39,380 nt of DNA from Welwitschia mirabilis (GCA_051453625.1 JBOZIK010000001.1:47478162-47517541), one strand, 5' to 3'. Shown: positions 1 through 14,121, numbered from the stretch's first letter. Translations and numbers: made by a program. The notes: generated from the sequence alone by a model not told the origin.

Positions 1-676
1 ATCCTTCATTTTGAAGAAGCATAAATGTCAAGTCGCAATGAATTTTTGAGTACTTCTTTGGGGACTAAGCTTGCTTTCAAGAATAGCTTGAGGAGTCCTT
101 TCAGCTCCCTTCTATCTTTGATGTAATATGCCTTTTTATGATTTAATATTAAAGAATTGTTTTCTTTTGATTTTTAGTTACAATTTATTTTGTACTAGGA
201 ATGCTTAAGTAGCAATGTAACTATTAAGATTCTTTGGTTAACTGAGTGAAGTTAATTAATAATTTCATGGATTTGGTGCACAATAAGTTCATACTTTCCA
301 TTTTTATTATAAGGCTGCGAAGGATCAGTGACTTTCAAATTCATCAACACTCATATGTTAAATGAGATTATGTTATCATGAGCGAAGCCATCTTACTTGA
401 TAGTCTAAATTTTGTTTTAAAATAGTATAGCATATGGTGAAGTAAGGAATCACAAAAGGATGAGCTGGGTGAAAACTTAGAGCTTGCTCATTTCCCACTT
501 TTCTGAATGAAGTTTTAAAACAACTACTCTCAATTATTTCATTTTCCTTTCTCTTAATTTTAAACTTCAAAAAGCAAGGATGTGTAACTTTTAAAAACAT
601 ACCTCAGTCATCCCTATGGAAAGAATGATATTGGGTATCAACTTAGTTAAAGCCAATTCATTATATGAAATGAACA
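1..676 (+). mobile_element. 3' part of a family-X LTR (3' LTR or solo LTR), truncated by the window start
   Basis: Collinear with 31950-32560 and with the reverse complement of 25000-25620 and 19371-19990 (e.g. 'ccctatggaaagaatgatattgggtatcaacttagtt'). Ends '...aaatgaaca' at 676, matching '...aaatgaata' at 32560. Followed by CRM gag sequence rather than a PBS. Confidence 0.8.
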
Positions 677-1299
677 TTGAAATACATGAGCGAAACATGC
701 AATTAGAAAAACTTTAATATTGAACTCATGGGATTAAGTAGTACCTCTAAAAATAAGAAATAGATAAAGAGAGAAATCTTTAAACACTATCTTCTCACTT
801 ATGTAAACTTGTAGCTACTTTGTGAAAACACTTGGAAAAAATGAAAGAGAACCAAGTATATTAACCTACCAATTGGAATTTCATGCAAACTTCCTTAGAG
901 GACAAGTTCATATCAAGGCATATTATACAAATTTGGTAAGAAAGATGCATAATCTCTGTTAAGTAGATAAGTTAGTGGTGGAATATACTCAAGAATTTCA
1001 TTGCTTAGCCATTCAAGAAGGCTGCTTTAAAATATCTATTATGAAGGTAATAAGGTATATTAATGGCATTAAAATTTTCATTTATTGATTTTTTATGTTT
1101 TATCCTAATAGTATAGAACAAGCATATCAACTAGCTTTATGGGTGAAGAGTAATTGTAACACACAAAGGATATCTTTTTCTAGAAGTAAAGGAAAGAAGA
1201 AAGGAACATAAAGATTCAAATAACAAAGGTCAAAGAAGGTCACAAAACACAATTCATCATTAAATGGCCAAGAAGAAAAATATGGAGAAGGTTATCACT
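677..1299 (+). pseudogene. CRM-like gag fragment
   Basis: Translates to YYTNLVRKMHNLC*VDKLVVEYTQEFHCLA and VIRYINGI, resembling the LxQGxxSVEEYxxEF...RFxxGL retrotransposon gag core. Many stops. Confidence 0.75.
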
Positions 1300-2591
1300 T
1301 GTTGCAATGCCAAACTATATATATATGTGTAAGGGTATTTTGAGTACTTTTGCAGGATCTTTAGACAAGTTTAGATGGAATTCTGATGAATATAAAGAAT
1401 CAATGAGATGATTATAGAAACATGCAATTATAGGCATATTTTGAGGAACTTTAGGTAGATCCTAATATTTAGCACTTTGAGGAGAATACCAATGATGTAA
1501 GAGGATTATTTCTCTTAGGTAAGAGCTTTAAGAAGAATGGGAAGTGGTATTTAGTGGCAGACGACTGTCATTCCCTATGCTGTCCAGATAACAACCACAA
1601 TGACACTGATGCTGAGAAGGACTAAAATTGTGGGGCTAACTATGAGACTAAAAACTGATGAGTCATCTTCTATTTGTATGTGTCATTCTTATAGTCATCC
1701 AGAGGATAGTCAAGATGACAACTATTTTGTATGAACAAATTGAATTACCTTTGTATTGAGGTTACATGCCCCATAGGGGCTACTAGGGTTTCATCTCCAA
1801 CTTCTGGGGGTTTTCTTCTAGAATCTTCAATGTAAAACTATAAATACCCCCCTTGTCTATACTGCCAATTTCATCTTTTGTATGAGAAATTCTTAAGATG
1901 TGATACTAAAGGATAGTAGCTCCATCTTTAGCTACAGAGAGAAGTCTTTCTTAGTGTTGAGCTCTATAGCCTTCATTGAGGTGCTTCTGCTTTGTAAGTG
2001 GATGTTACTTCAAGATTAATACAAGGATTATTTCACTTCTATTATGTGCATGTCCCTTATGGTTTATGTTGATTATGATTTTGTAACCACTTCATAGTTG
2101 ATCTAGATCAAAAGAACAACCTTTATTAAGGTTGACATTATTAGTTTAGATCTTGCATTTCAGTTCATTCTATATTGCATTTTTATATTTTCATTTATTC
2201 ATAATTTGTTTGATGTATCTTGTAGCTTATGTTGGTTAGGAATAAGTGATAGATTTTTCTAATTAATATAAGGACTAATCTTTGTAATAGAAAGATTGAT
2301 AGTTAAATATATTCATTACTTAAGTTATTACATTTTTCATTTTATTTATAAGCACTACATTATCATTCACCTTGCATTACATTTGCATTATGTCTTATGT
2401 TCATTTACTAAAAGAAAAAGACTAAAAATACTTTGTTGAAATTAATTTTCTAACTTTTAGCCTAGTGCACTCAATGGATTATCACATTTTGGTTAACTTC
2501 CATCTAGACTACTGTGTATTTTTTTACAAGTATTTGTGATTGATAGGATCTACTTAAGGACTTAGAGATTACACAAATTCACACTATAGCA
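1300..2591 (+). repeat. 5' LTR of the Athila-like element
   Basis: Starts tgttgcaatg and ends ...actatagca. Collinear with 11132-12376. Contains the TATA-like 'ctataaatacccc' at ~1838. Confidence 0.92.
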
Positions 2592-2604
2592 TTTTGGCAC
2601 AATT
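2592..2604 (+). promoter_or_regulatory. Primer-binding site, tRNA-Asp type (degenerate, runs into a 10-N gap)
   Basis: 'ttttggcacaatt' directly after the LTR, versus the Athila consensus TTTTGGCGCCGTTGCCGGGGA. Confidence 0.75.
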
Positions 2605-3399
2605 NNNNNNNNNNGGAGAAGGCCGCAAGGAGCTAGAGGATTCTAATTTAAGTTACTTATTTAAAATAGTGCTGTATTTCTATTCTATATTCTATAGGTT
2701 TATTTTTTTGTAATTTTTATTTTAGTAGTTTAAAATAAGCCCTATCATCCTTTCTATTATCCACACTACTAGGTGGATGATGGTTTGCATTTTATATTTT
2801 TTTTGCTATTTTTCCACAATTTATTTTTCCATTTTCTGTAGCGTAATAAGTGTATATTATCCCCTCTCTCATATAGATGATGTTCTGGATGATTGTCAGT
2901 AGTTTTACTTTAGTTTCTATTTTCTTTTCCATAGTTTTGTTTTTCTATTTTTTGGAACATATCTGCCAGTTGTCTCCTATATCATCTAGACGACTTACAA
3001 GATGATAACCATTATATTTTTTATCTAAGTATGCAAGGACATGATGAATTCTAGAAAAAGGATGAAATATTAGATAGAGCAGAACTTGATTGAGGAAAAC
3101 ATTAGAGAAGGGTTATTTAACTTCAAGTAAAATCTAGGTACACATAACCCAGATATGCAAATTCCAAGAGTTAAAGAAGAAGATTTTTCTACTTTTATTA
3201 TTTTAGAGTTAAATTCTTCAAAGTAAAAGTGTGAAAATAATAGGATAAAAGCAGATATTGTTATTTCTTTTTCATTTATGTCGAAATTAATGTAAAAACA
3301 AAAATAAGTAGCTTCATATAGTTCATTAATCATGGTAGGAACGTCTACTTGAATATGAATGCTATGCTTGAATAGATGAAATTCAAAATCCTTTCAATT

Positions 3400-4900
3400 T
3401 ATCTTATAGAAATGATGTAGAATTAATAAACATAGGTGCATATTCAAAAATTTTGGGCGAATTTTAAGAGGTCCATTTTCAACATCTGGATGACATTGAA
3501 CAACTTATGCTTATCTTAGGAAATGGGAAGAAACATTTTAGTAATCATACTTATATGGTTATCTTTCTCATCACACTTAGAGAAAAAGAAAAACTTTGGC
3601 TTAGAACCATTCTACACAAGAGTCTTAAATCATGGAGGCAAGTGTAAAAAGTCTTTATTAAAATATTTATAAGTGAAAGTACCATGAGAAAAAGAAGGAA
3701 GAAGGTTATTAACTTTCAACAACAACATTAAGAAGATTATACCACAACATATAGGTGATTTATCATAGATATTTATTTCAACTCTGTTGATGAATTTTCT
3801 AAAGAAGAATTGATAGATTATTTTTATAATGAATTAAATAGTCAAACTAAACTAGTAGGCTTTTCTTGTGATGACAACTTGATGAACTTGACCTTAGATG
3901 ATACATGGAAATTATTAAAATATCTAATTGAAATAAGTCAAACTTAGCTAAAACTAACTTCTAAAGAAAATCAAGCGATAGGCAAAATTATCAAATACTT
4001 AAAAGAAGTAAAACATGTGAAGGAGGAATTCAAAGATAATTCAACTAATATGATTAAGGATTTCACTACCATTTTATAAAAGTACACTTAAATGATAGTT
4101 GATGAAAATGTAGTAAAAAAGGGGAATACAACTGCAACATGTGATATATATGAAGACAACTCTCATAGAACTAAAGAATACCCCTTGTTACCAACTTGTA
4201 AAGTGAGGAAGTGTGTGCATCTAATCAAAGGATTTCCAACTTTAAAAGCCAACCACAATTTCAACAAATATTAAGTGGATAATAAAATTGGAAGCTTTTT
4301 GAGAATAGATTCAAAAATTCAAACTTCCAATCAAATAATTCCAGTTTTTAACAAAGCACCTCATACCTTCAACCAAATCGAAGTGATCCACTTAGAGATT
4401 CAATAGAATAATTGAAAAAGATGTAATAAAAGAAAAATAACAATAATGAAAACATAGTAAATGTGCCTTAACAAATAATGTTAGCCAATCAATGAACATA
4501 AGGATCTCTTGCATCTCAACCTTTACCCAATTCAAATAAAGTCAAGAAAGATTTAAATGTAGTAACTATAAGTGAAAATGATACAAAACCTCCTAATCAT
4601 GAGACTTTAACTTTCAAAAACAATAAAAAGATAAGGAAGAATATGATGTAAAAATTTTAGATACATATAACTTCTTTTCAATCTTAAATGATAAGCCCAA
4701 AAGGGAAGAAGCCATCTACTTCTTGGCTTGATAAGTTAAACACAAATCTTACCTATAATAAATACTTAAAAGCCTTGATGTAAGAGGTGATAATTAACTT
4801 AACTTTTTGAAAAATTTTGTAAGAAAATCCTAAGTATGTTAAGTTGTAGAAAGACCTAGTTAGAAGAAAACAAAAATGTACCATTCCTAATAAGGTCTTC
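3400..4900 (+). pseudogene. Athila-like gag relic
   Basis: GPFQHLDDIEQL, TLREKEKLWLRTI, SLKSWRQV and INFQQQH motifs typical of retrotransposon gag. Many stops. Confidence 0.7.
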
Positions 4901-4939
4901 CTTGCTTAATCTACTCCAACTTAGTCATTAAAAAATATC

Positions 4940-5350
4940 CTAAATTCAAAGATCCTGAGGTAGCAATAGTGAGTGTTACATTGAAAGAAAATAAGAGAAT
5001 TAGAAAAGCCTTGATTGACGTAGGAACAACTATAAACATCATGCCTCTTTACATATGTAAAAGACCTGGGTTGGAAAATAGAATAAAACCTACATGAATC
5101 ATCTTAGAATTGGTTAATACTTTAATTAATAAATTATTAGGAGTAATCAAAAACTTATTTATCCAAATAGGAAAGACGTTCTACCCTATAGACATGGTTA
5201 TTATTAAAGTAGAACATGATGAAGGTTATCCACTACTCTTAGGACGAGCCTTTTGTGAAACTGCTCACTATATCATTGACACATGAACTAGAATGATGGC
5301 ATCTTACATAGGTAATAAGAAGTCCATCATTAGAGTTTTTAATGCTATTA
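4940..5350 (+). pseudogene. Athila-type aspartic protease relic
   Basis: PKFKDPE...ALIDVGTTINIMPLYICKRPGL...LLLGRAFCETA (compare KLKDPG, ALLDLGASVNLMP, ILGRPFLATA). Confidence 0.9.
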
Positions 5351-5839
5351 AAAAGAAATATAAGATGATCAAAACATAGAGGAGGAACTTAAGCCAACTT
5401 TGTTTTTACAACATCGCCCAATTGAGGAGAGATTAATACTACTACATGAATCAATCTTATATGATGATCTAAGTAAAATACACTATCTCAATCATGAGGA
5501 TGAGGAATTTTTAAGTTAACAATAAGTCCAGCATATAAACTCAATGAAAAACTTTTTTGAGGAATATCATCCACTTCAGTCATCTGGATGATAGTCCGAG
5601 ATGATAGTTAATGATGACAATTTGGTAAGAAAAACTGACAATTACAACTTAGAACTAAAATAATTACCCAAAGTTCTAAAAGACATTTTTTTATTCAATA
5701 ATCTAAAGAAACCTTTAGTAATAAGTGAACTACTTACCACTTACTAAGAATCCAACTTAGTCTCACTTTTAAATTTTAAGGAAAATGCTTTTGCTTAGAC
5801 CCATAAAGTCTTAGTTACCATTCCCCCTTCCATAGTTTA

Positions 5840-7266
5840 GCCCAAAATCTACCTTGAAGATAATGCTAAACTAGTTAAGCAACCCCAATGAAGGCTTAAT
5901 CTAGCCTTTAAGCAACTAGTCAAAGATGAAATTATTAAACTTATGGATGTTAGGATTATCTATGCTATATCTGATAGCAAGTGGATTAGCTCCTTGGAAG
6001 TAGTTCCTAAAAAGGATGGAAAATGAACAATGTGCATTGACTTTAAAAACCTTAACAAGATCACTAAGAAAGATCATTACCATTTACCCTTTCTTGGTCA
6101 AGTATTTGATAGAACCCAAGGATATGTCTACTACTATTTTTTTGATGAGTATAGCGGTTACAATCAGGTTTGCATAGCTAGTGAGGACCAAGTAAAAATA
6201 ACCTTTACCTCCCCTTTAAAATATTTGCATTTAAAAGAATGCCTTTTAGACTTTATAATGCCCCTGGACTTTCAAATGAGTAATGATGGTATCTTTTCTG
6301 ATATGATAGATGAATATATTAAAATCTTTATGAATGACTTCTTAACCTTTGGTGAAACTTTTGAACAAATCATGAAAAGTTAGAGAAAGTCTTAGATATA
6401 TGTATAAAAAGTGGCCTAACTTGAGTTTGGAAAAGAGTTTCTTCCTTATCAATAATAGGATTGTTTTAGATCACNNNNNNNNNNNNNNNNNNNNNNNNNN
6501 NNNNNNNNNNNNNNNNNNNNNNNNNNNNNNNNNNNNNNNNNNNNNNNNNNNNNNNNNNNNNNNNNNNNNNNNNNGATCACCACATTCCTAGCGAGGGAAT
6601 TAGGATGAACTATGTAAAAGTTGGTATCATTAAAAATCTTAACTCTTGAACTAATGTTAAATAAGTTAGACATTTCCTTGGTTATGTTGGTTTTTATATT
6701 TGTTTTATTTAATATTATGCCAAAGTGTGCAAACCCCTTTACTTATTACTTGAAAAAGAAGCTAAATTTTATTGAAATGACTCATGTCAACTTGCTTTTA
6801 AAACACTTAAGGATAAAATTTCTTCTAAACCAAAGGGACTGAATTGGAGTAAGGATTTTGAACTTATATGTGACACTAGCAACATTGCTATAGGTGGGGT
6901 CTTAGTAAAAAATGCAAAAATGGTTTTAAAGTCATATCTTATCATAGTAAAACTTTGTCTAAGGCCCAATCCAACTATCCTACCATTGAAAAAGAAATGC
7001 TTGCCATCATCATTTGCCTTAATCATCTTAGAGACTACCTGCTTGGCTTTTATACCAATGTTTACATGGATTATGTAGTCATACATTACCTTATGACCAA
7101 GAAAGATTCTAGTGCTAGACTTATTAGATGGATCCTTCTTATGCAAGAATTTAATCTCACCATTATTGATAAAGCTAGAAAACATAATACCATTGTGGAT
7201 TACTTGTCTCTAATCTCTTGTTTTCTTAATGAACTACCACTCAATGATTTCTTTCCTAATGAGTAA
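5840..7266 (+). pseudogene. Reverse transcriptase plus RNase H relic
   Basis: IIYAISDSKWIS, MCIDFKNLNKITKKDHYHLPF, DEYSGYNQV, IFMNDF (FMDDF), FELICDTSNIAIGGVL, AQSNYPTIEKEMLAI and ARLIRWILLMQEF. Includes ORF-track pieces 6030..6383 and 6955..7266. Confidence 0.95.
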
Positions 7267-7309
7267 CTATTTGCTATTAAATAACTATATGTCATCTCCT
7301 CTACTCATC

Positions 7310-8558
7310 TTACTCCTTGGTATGTTGACAGTGTAAACTACCTTATTACTATAAAAACACCTTAGTATTGGAATTGTAACCAATGAGAATATTTTCTCCA
7401 TAGGATTGGTGATTATGAGTGAAATGAACTCCATCTTTACTGTAGATGCAAAGACTAAATCATGCATAAACGTATGGCTAAATGGGAAAAACTAGACATC
7501 CTTAACCTTTGTCATGGTGGAGTATGTAGGAAACACTTTAATGGCCAAAAGATTGCAATAAACATTCTTCACTCTAGTTTTTATTAGCCTATTCTTATTA
7601 AGGATTCTTTTGGCTTTCCTAGAAGGTGTGATGCTTGTCAATGTTATGATAGCCTAAATCACTCTTAAGATATGATTCTTAAACCTATGCTTGAATGTGA
7701 ACTTTTTGACTATTGGAGGATTGAATTTATAGGCCCTATAAAACCACTTATCATGATAAAAACTACATCTTAGTAATTATTGATTATGTTACCAAATGAG
7801 TCAAAGCTATTTATACTACCAAAAATGATGCTGAACTGTCTGTAATTTTATTTAAACTTATATCTTTCAATGTTTTGATTTTCTTAGAATCATAACAAGT
7901 GATCAAGGAACTCATTTTATTAATTATTTTTTTTGGAAACTTCTTTTATCCATTGGAATTGAACAACAAATTACTTATGCTTATCATCGATAGTCTAATG
8001 GCCAAGCTAAAAATGCTAATAGAAAAATTAGAAAACATGCTCCAAAAACTAGTCTTTATCAATAAGAAAACTTAGGCTTGTAAACTTAATGATGTTCTTT
8101 GGACTTACCATAGTACTTGGTAAAACTTTCATGACTTTTTACCTTATGAACTTATGTATGAAAAAGTTTGTACCTTGCTAGTTAATGTTTGCTATAACTC
8201 CTATCGATCCCTCCATCAACTTAACTTTGTGAACGTAGAAAAAAATCTTAAGACATGGTTAGCCCAACTTGATCACTTAAATAAGAAATGTATCCATGTT
8301 ATAAATCATTAACTTATCCATAAATCCCAAACGAATCTCAAACATGATAAAAAGATAATCCATAAGTAATTTAAACCATGTCAACTAGTTCTTTTATAAA
8401 ATACTTGAGTACATCTTTTACACAATAAGTTAATCTCACAATATTTATCCTTATCTTATATTAAAAAATTACATCTTAATAGATTAGTCAAAATATTTAA
8501 TCGAAACACTAAGGAAATTTAAAAAGTTAATGAATAAAGGTTGAAAATCTATGAATAA
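7310..8558 (+). pseudogene. Athila-type integrase relic
   Basis: CHGGVCRKHF...RRCDACQ zinc finger; FDYWRIEFIGP; IDYVTK; ITSDQGTHF; AYHR*SNGQA; C-terminal KVNE*RLKIY (compare KVNGQRLKHY). Confidence 0.92.
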
Positions 8559-8967
8559 TTTGCCAATAAAACCTTGAACATGATAGAAGCACTTATCTTA
8601 GAAGCTCCTCTCATTAAAGAGGACTTTCCTCCTATCATTCTCTAAATTTTTCTTTAGTTGATTCCTTAGGTAGATATTATACTATCACTTGAACATATTA
8701 AATGTGACTTATGTATTACTTTATGAAGTTACCATGAGTAGTAATCTTTTACTTGGGTATTCTAAAGTGATAAGATTAGATTCATCCAATATTAAGACAT
8801 TCATCCATTTATGAACCTTATTTTAAAGGAAGACGACTTGTTCTTATTCATCTCTTAATGATATAAGTCTTTAGTTATTTGAGTGTGCTCTTAATTGTTT
8901 CACATCTCATTACTTCATACTTATCTTGACAAGTACTTAGTCATGTGGGATATTGATATTTTATTTC

Positions 8968-9005
8968 AGAGAAAGAGAGTGTGTGTGTGTGAGAGAGTGA
9001 GAGTA

Positions 9006-9081
<76 letters not shown>

Positions 9082-9187
9082 NNNNNNNNNNNNNNNNNNN
9101 NNNNNNNNNNNNNNNNNNNNNNNNNNNNNNNNNNNNNNNNNNNNNNNNNNNNNNNNNNNNNNNNNNNNNNNNNNNNNNNNNAGAGAG

Positions 9188-9258
<71 letters not shown>
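8968..9258. repeat. Compound (GA)n/(GT)n microsatellite spanning a 100-N gap
   Basis: Directly visible. Confidence 0.97.
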
Positions 9259-9262
<4 letters not shown>

Positions 9263-11118
9263 TTTCTTTTATCTAAAATAAACCATGATGTCCTACCACA
9301 AGTGCATTAGAGTAAATTCTCATAAGAGGGGACTTTGGTAGTGCGATATGTTAGCTGTGAGAACTCTACTAGGAGGTTAGTTGGCCATCATTCATTGGTC
9401 CTTACTTCTCTAACAGTGGTTGCACTCCCCTCATCATAGAAATAATTTAGAGGCTATGGGATTAGTGATGTCCCTAGTGTCATCATAGGCATTGCTTATT
9501 TTCTGGGCTCGTTGTGCATACAGTACTTCCACATGAACATTTTACCTTTTTGGATTCTAGTGTGATTTGTGAGGTGTGAGCAGGTAAGTCCATTTTTGAG
9601 TAGTTTGTAATCTTGTCATTTATTAATTATAAACATTAGATTTTCTTAGAATCATCATAACCATTGTCTATTCGAGTGTTACTTTATGAGTTTTTACATC
9701 ATTTCATGCATCATTAATTAGGTAATTTTTTGATTGTTTACCAAGGGAGTCTATTAGATTAGAATTTAGGATAGGTAAATAATCTTCTTCATGTTCCTAG
9801 TTGTCCATTGTCATTTTGTTTTCCTTAGCTATTTTATTTAATATTTTAAAATTATTTCCATATTTTATTAGCATAATATTCAGGACTTGATCAGTTAGTA
9901 GTTTTCTTATTATTTCAATCGAGGTTTTTATTCATAGGGGTTGTCCTTTTTTTATTACTTTTGAAAAGATGATGATGATAGTTTCTATTTTTATTTCTTT
10001 TTGAGTTTTAGCTTACTACTTTTACATGCTTACTAAGTTAGGGCAAATTTAAGGATTGTTTTCCTGAGCATCACTTCTTTCTACTTGGTGCATTATCATG
10101 GTCCTATTTTTTTCTCTTGCTTTAAGTCCCTTCCACATTCAACTCTTTTCCCATGATTATTTTTGATGATGACTCTTTACTTTTATTCATCTTATAGACT
10201 TTATGATGATTTTCTGAGGCTTTAATATTGCTATCATTAATTATCCAATTTTACATTGACTTCATCATTTTGTAAAATCCTTCTTTTCTTAGCATTATCC
10301 CACATCTAACATCCAAACAATGAGGTAGACAAAATTATTTTTTCTTGTACTATTATAGTATAGGACGTATTGATTCACCTGTGGAGAATAAGACATCTTT
10401 ATAAGATATTTTTAAGATATTAAGCAAAATATCTAATTATGAGGATTATCTTTGAGCTTTCACAATATCCATATGTGATGTGCTAGTAAGTGTATGATTT
10501 TATATTACTTGTATGATTTGCATTATGGACATTGTTTAGTAGGCTATAATAGAGCAGCTGTAGGACCTTCTTGTAGGTGTGATCTAGGAGATTCAAAAGA
10601 TCACAAATAATGGAAGTAATTTTATGACTATGTTTTGTATTCATCCTTTATAAATTGTCCTTTAAACTTACTAATTAATTTATATACATCATTTTTATTT
10701 ATCACTGCTTGATTATGCATACACATCATTATTTTTCTAAGTCATGATGATTATATTTTATGATGATTTTTGTACATGACATTTAATTTTTATTTTGCGA
10801 TGTGTTAAATGTTTCAAGTGGGGAGCTAACAAAATATTTCAGTATGCTCATTTTTTTGAGGTCATGTTCATAGGCACTCAACTCTCATTTTGATTTATTA
10901 AGCATGTTGACCACAGAGTTGTCTGGACAATAGTTAAGAAGACAACATTATTACACATCTTGCAGAGGTAATATCTAAATTTACTAGTTGTTGATATTTA
11001 ATCCTAAATAATCCTAATTTTTAAACTCAATTTACATATTCCTAGTTATTATTTATCTTAACCTATTTAGCTCACAATTTATAGTTGATCACTTACTTTA
11101 TTAGGGAATGACAAGACT

Positions 11119-11131
11119 AAGTGGAGGGCTA
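11119..11131 (+). promoter_or_regulatory. Polypurine tract of the Athila-like element
   Basis: 'aagtggagggcta' immediately before the 3' LTR. Confidence 0.75.
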
Positions 11132-12376
11132 TGTTGCGATGCTCAATTATATATATTTCATAGGGTATTTTGATACTTTTGTAGGATCTTTAAATAGGTT
11201 TAGATGGAATTCTAATGATTATGTAGAATCACTAAAATGATCATTGAAACATGCAATTCTAGGCATACTTGGAGGTACTTCAAGAAATTTTAACACTTAG
11301 CACTTTGAGGAGAAGACTAATGATGCAAGAGGCTACTTTTTCTTAGCTAAAAGATTTAAGAATCCTATCATTCCCTGTGTCATCCAAACATTAGCCAGAA
11401 CAACACTGATGCTAACATGAGCTAAAACTGTAGGGCTAACTATAGGAATGCAAACTAATGAGTCATATTCTATTTGTGGGCATTGTCCTTATAGTCATAT
11501 GGATGACTGTCAGGATGACAACTTTTTTGTATGACCAAATTAAATTATCTTTGTAATGGGATCACATGCCTCATGTGAGCTACCAGGATTTCATCTTTGA
11601 CTTCTAGGGTTTTGCTTCTAGAATATTCAATGTAAAACTATAAATACCCCCATTGCCTTTACTTTCAATTTCATCTTTTGTACTATAAATTATTATGATG
11701 GGATAGTAAAGAATAAGAGGTCCATCCTTAGCTATAAAAATAAGTCTTCCTTGATGTTGTGTTGTGTATCCTCCATTGAGGTACTACTATTTTGTAAGTG
11801 GATGTTAATTCAAGATTAATACAAGGACTGTTTCACTTCTATTGTTTGCATGTCCCTTATGGTTGATGTTGGTTATGATTTTATGACAACTTCATAGTTG
11901 TTCTAGATCATAAGGAAAACCTTTACTAAGGTTGACATTGTTATTTTAGATCTTTCATTTCATTTCATTCCATATTGCATTTCCATATTTGCATTTATTC
12001 ATATTCTATTTGATGTATCTTCTAACTTATATTAGTTAAAAATAAGTGATAGCTCTTCCTAATTGATCTAAGTTATAAGGTTGGTAGTTAAATAGATTCT
12101 TTACTTGAGCTATTGTATTTTGAATTTTATCTATAAGCACTATGTTATCATCCATCTTGTACTACATTTTCATTATTTCTTATTTTCATTTACTAAATGT
12201 AAAATACTAAAAACACTTTGTTGAAATCAATTCTTTAACTGCTAGCCTAGTGCCTTCAATGGATTATGACATTCAGGCTAAATTCCATCTATATTAGTGT
12301 ATGTTTTTCTACAAGTATTTTTGATTAACAGGATTTACTTAAGGACTTACAGATTGCACAAATTTATACCACAACA
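11132..12376 (+). repeat. 3' LTR of the Athila-like element
   Basis: tgttgcgatg...accacaaca. Collinear with 1300-2591, with small deletions. Confidence 0.92.
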
Positions 12377-14079
12377 CCAATTTAATGTTAAAAGATTTGA
12401 TAAACTAAGTATTTGTTAAAACTATAATAAAATAGGTCATAAAGCATATAAATCTAGATCTACAAAACTATAAGTACATCATGTGATTAGAATATATAAG
12501 AAAGGAGAATCTAATGAAGTAGCAAACAAGAAAGTGGATAAAGTGGTACAAAGTAAAAAAGTGATAATTTTTCATGTTAAAAGTATTTCAATGCAATGTT
12601 TTACTCTATATTTAGTGATCCAACTCAAAGAAAGTAAATCCTTAGGATCACATCAATGTAAGAAACATGTATACAAAATTATTATTAATGGGGGTAGCAT
12701 TTGAAGGAAATGATAGAGGAATTGAATTTAGAAGATACTCCTCATCCAAATCCTTATCACATATCATGGTAAATTCTTTGACAATAAAAAGTGTCATGTT
12801 ATTATGAATGCATGCCATTTATTACTTGATAAACCTAAACAGTTTGATACCATGTGCATGTTGGTAAGAAAGATGGTGATTAAATGGTAATGATTTTGTA
12901 GGTTATTAGATAAGAGCTTGTAAAAATAGAATTAAAGGGGATAAAAAACTTATTGAATTCTTTTGAAGGTATTTTTTTCTTGATTACTTACCTCTAAGAT
13001 TGTAACTAATGATAAGCATTAGCCATCATACTCATCTAGCACTACGTGCATATCTTTAACATAAGGTAATGTATTTGATGAGTTTCTATAGAAGTGAAGA
13101 AATTAATAAATTAGTAAAACAATTACTAGATAAGGGCCTAGTAAATGAAAGTCTTTTCCCATGTTCTGTTTGAATGGTATTACCTTTAAAAACATATAGT
13201 AAACAATTGTGTTTACATATTGATGTAAGTCCTACAAATAGAATTATACTAAGGTACTAGTTCTTCATACCTAGAATAGATTAATAATCTAATATGCTCA
13301 TGTGCTTTTATTAATTTGGATCTTAAGAGTGGCTAAACCAACTATGGAATAAGAAAAAAAACAAATTGAAGACTACTTTTAAACTCTATATGATTTATAT
13401 GAATAGTTGATAACACCATTTAATCTAACTAATGCATCCAATACTTGTATGAAATTGATGATAGAGATTTTCTAGTCATTTTTGGGGAAATTTATTATTG
13501 GCTTTATGAACGATATTTGTATTTCTAACTAGAATTTGTTAGAAGATGTAATACACTTATGGAGAGTTTTATAATGATTGCAGAAGGAATAATTATTATT
13601 GAATTCTAAGAAGTATGTTTATGTACGAATAGTTTTATATTCCTTGGAGTGGTGACTTCCAAGAATGATATCAAGATGGATGCTAATAAGGTTAAGGCCA
13701 TTATGGATTGACCTTCTCTGATTTTTGCAAAAGAGCTATATATTTTTTATAGGTAGGTTAGTCTTTATGAAACATTTATTAAAGATTTTAGTAAGATTTA
13801 TACACAAATACTAGGTACTATAAATAAAGATAGAATTTTCAATGAACTAATGAAGCAAATGCAACATTTCAAACACTTAAGAAAAACATTGTCATATAAT
13901 CTATTCTTGTGTACTATGATGTTAATGGAAAATTTATTAGTGGAGTTCACAGCTAAGAAGGTAAGCTTATTAATTACTTTAGTAAAAAGTTAAATGAAGA
14001 AGGTATTTAACTTATGAAAAGGAGTTATATGCTATATTGCAAGCTTTATAAAATTTGATGCATTACCTATTGCATAAGG

Positions 14080-14121
<42 letters not shown>

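Larger units (their letters stand above)
1300..12376 (+). mobile_element. Full-length, decayed Athila-like Ty3/gypsy LTR retrotransposon (~11.1 kb)
   Basis: Two homologous LTRs; outer termini TGTTG (1300) and CAACA (12376); tRNA-Asp-type PBS; PPT; gag-PR-RT-RH-INT relics. Flanks tcact (1295-1299) and ccaat (12377-12381) match at 3/5, consistent with a decayed TSD. Confidence 0.93.

Noticed and set aside
1784..1792. Telomere-like 'tagggttt'
   Set aside because: A single copy within an LTR, not an array.
2605..2614. 10-N gaps falling inside two PBSs (also 27549-27558)
   Set aside because: Most simply contig breaks at high-copy LTR/PBS boundaries, with no biological evidence.
6475..6574. Apparent 100-bp insertion in RT
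   Set aside because: 'gatcac' occurs on both sides and joining them restores IVLDHHIPSEG, so this is a placeholder gap between overlapping contigs.
6787..7467. Minus-strand ORFs (132 aa and 60 aa)
   Set aside because: They are antisense shadows of the RNase H/integrase frame.
8895..9281. 128-aa ER-repeat ORF
   Set aside because: It is a translation of the (GA)n microsatellite and an N gap.
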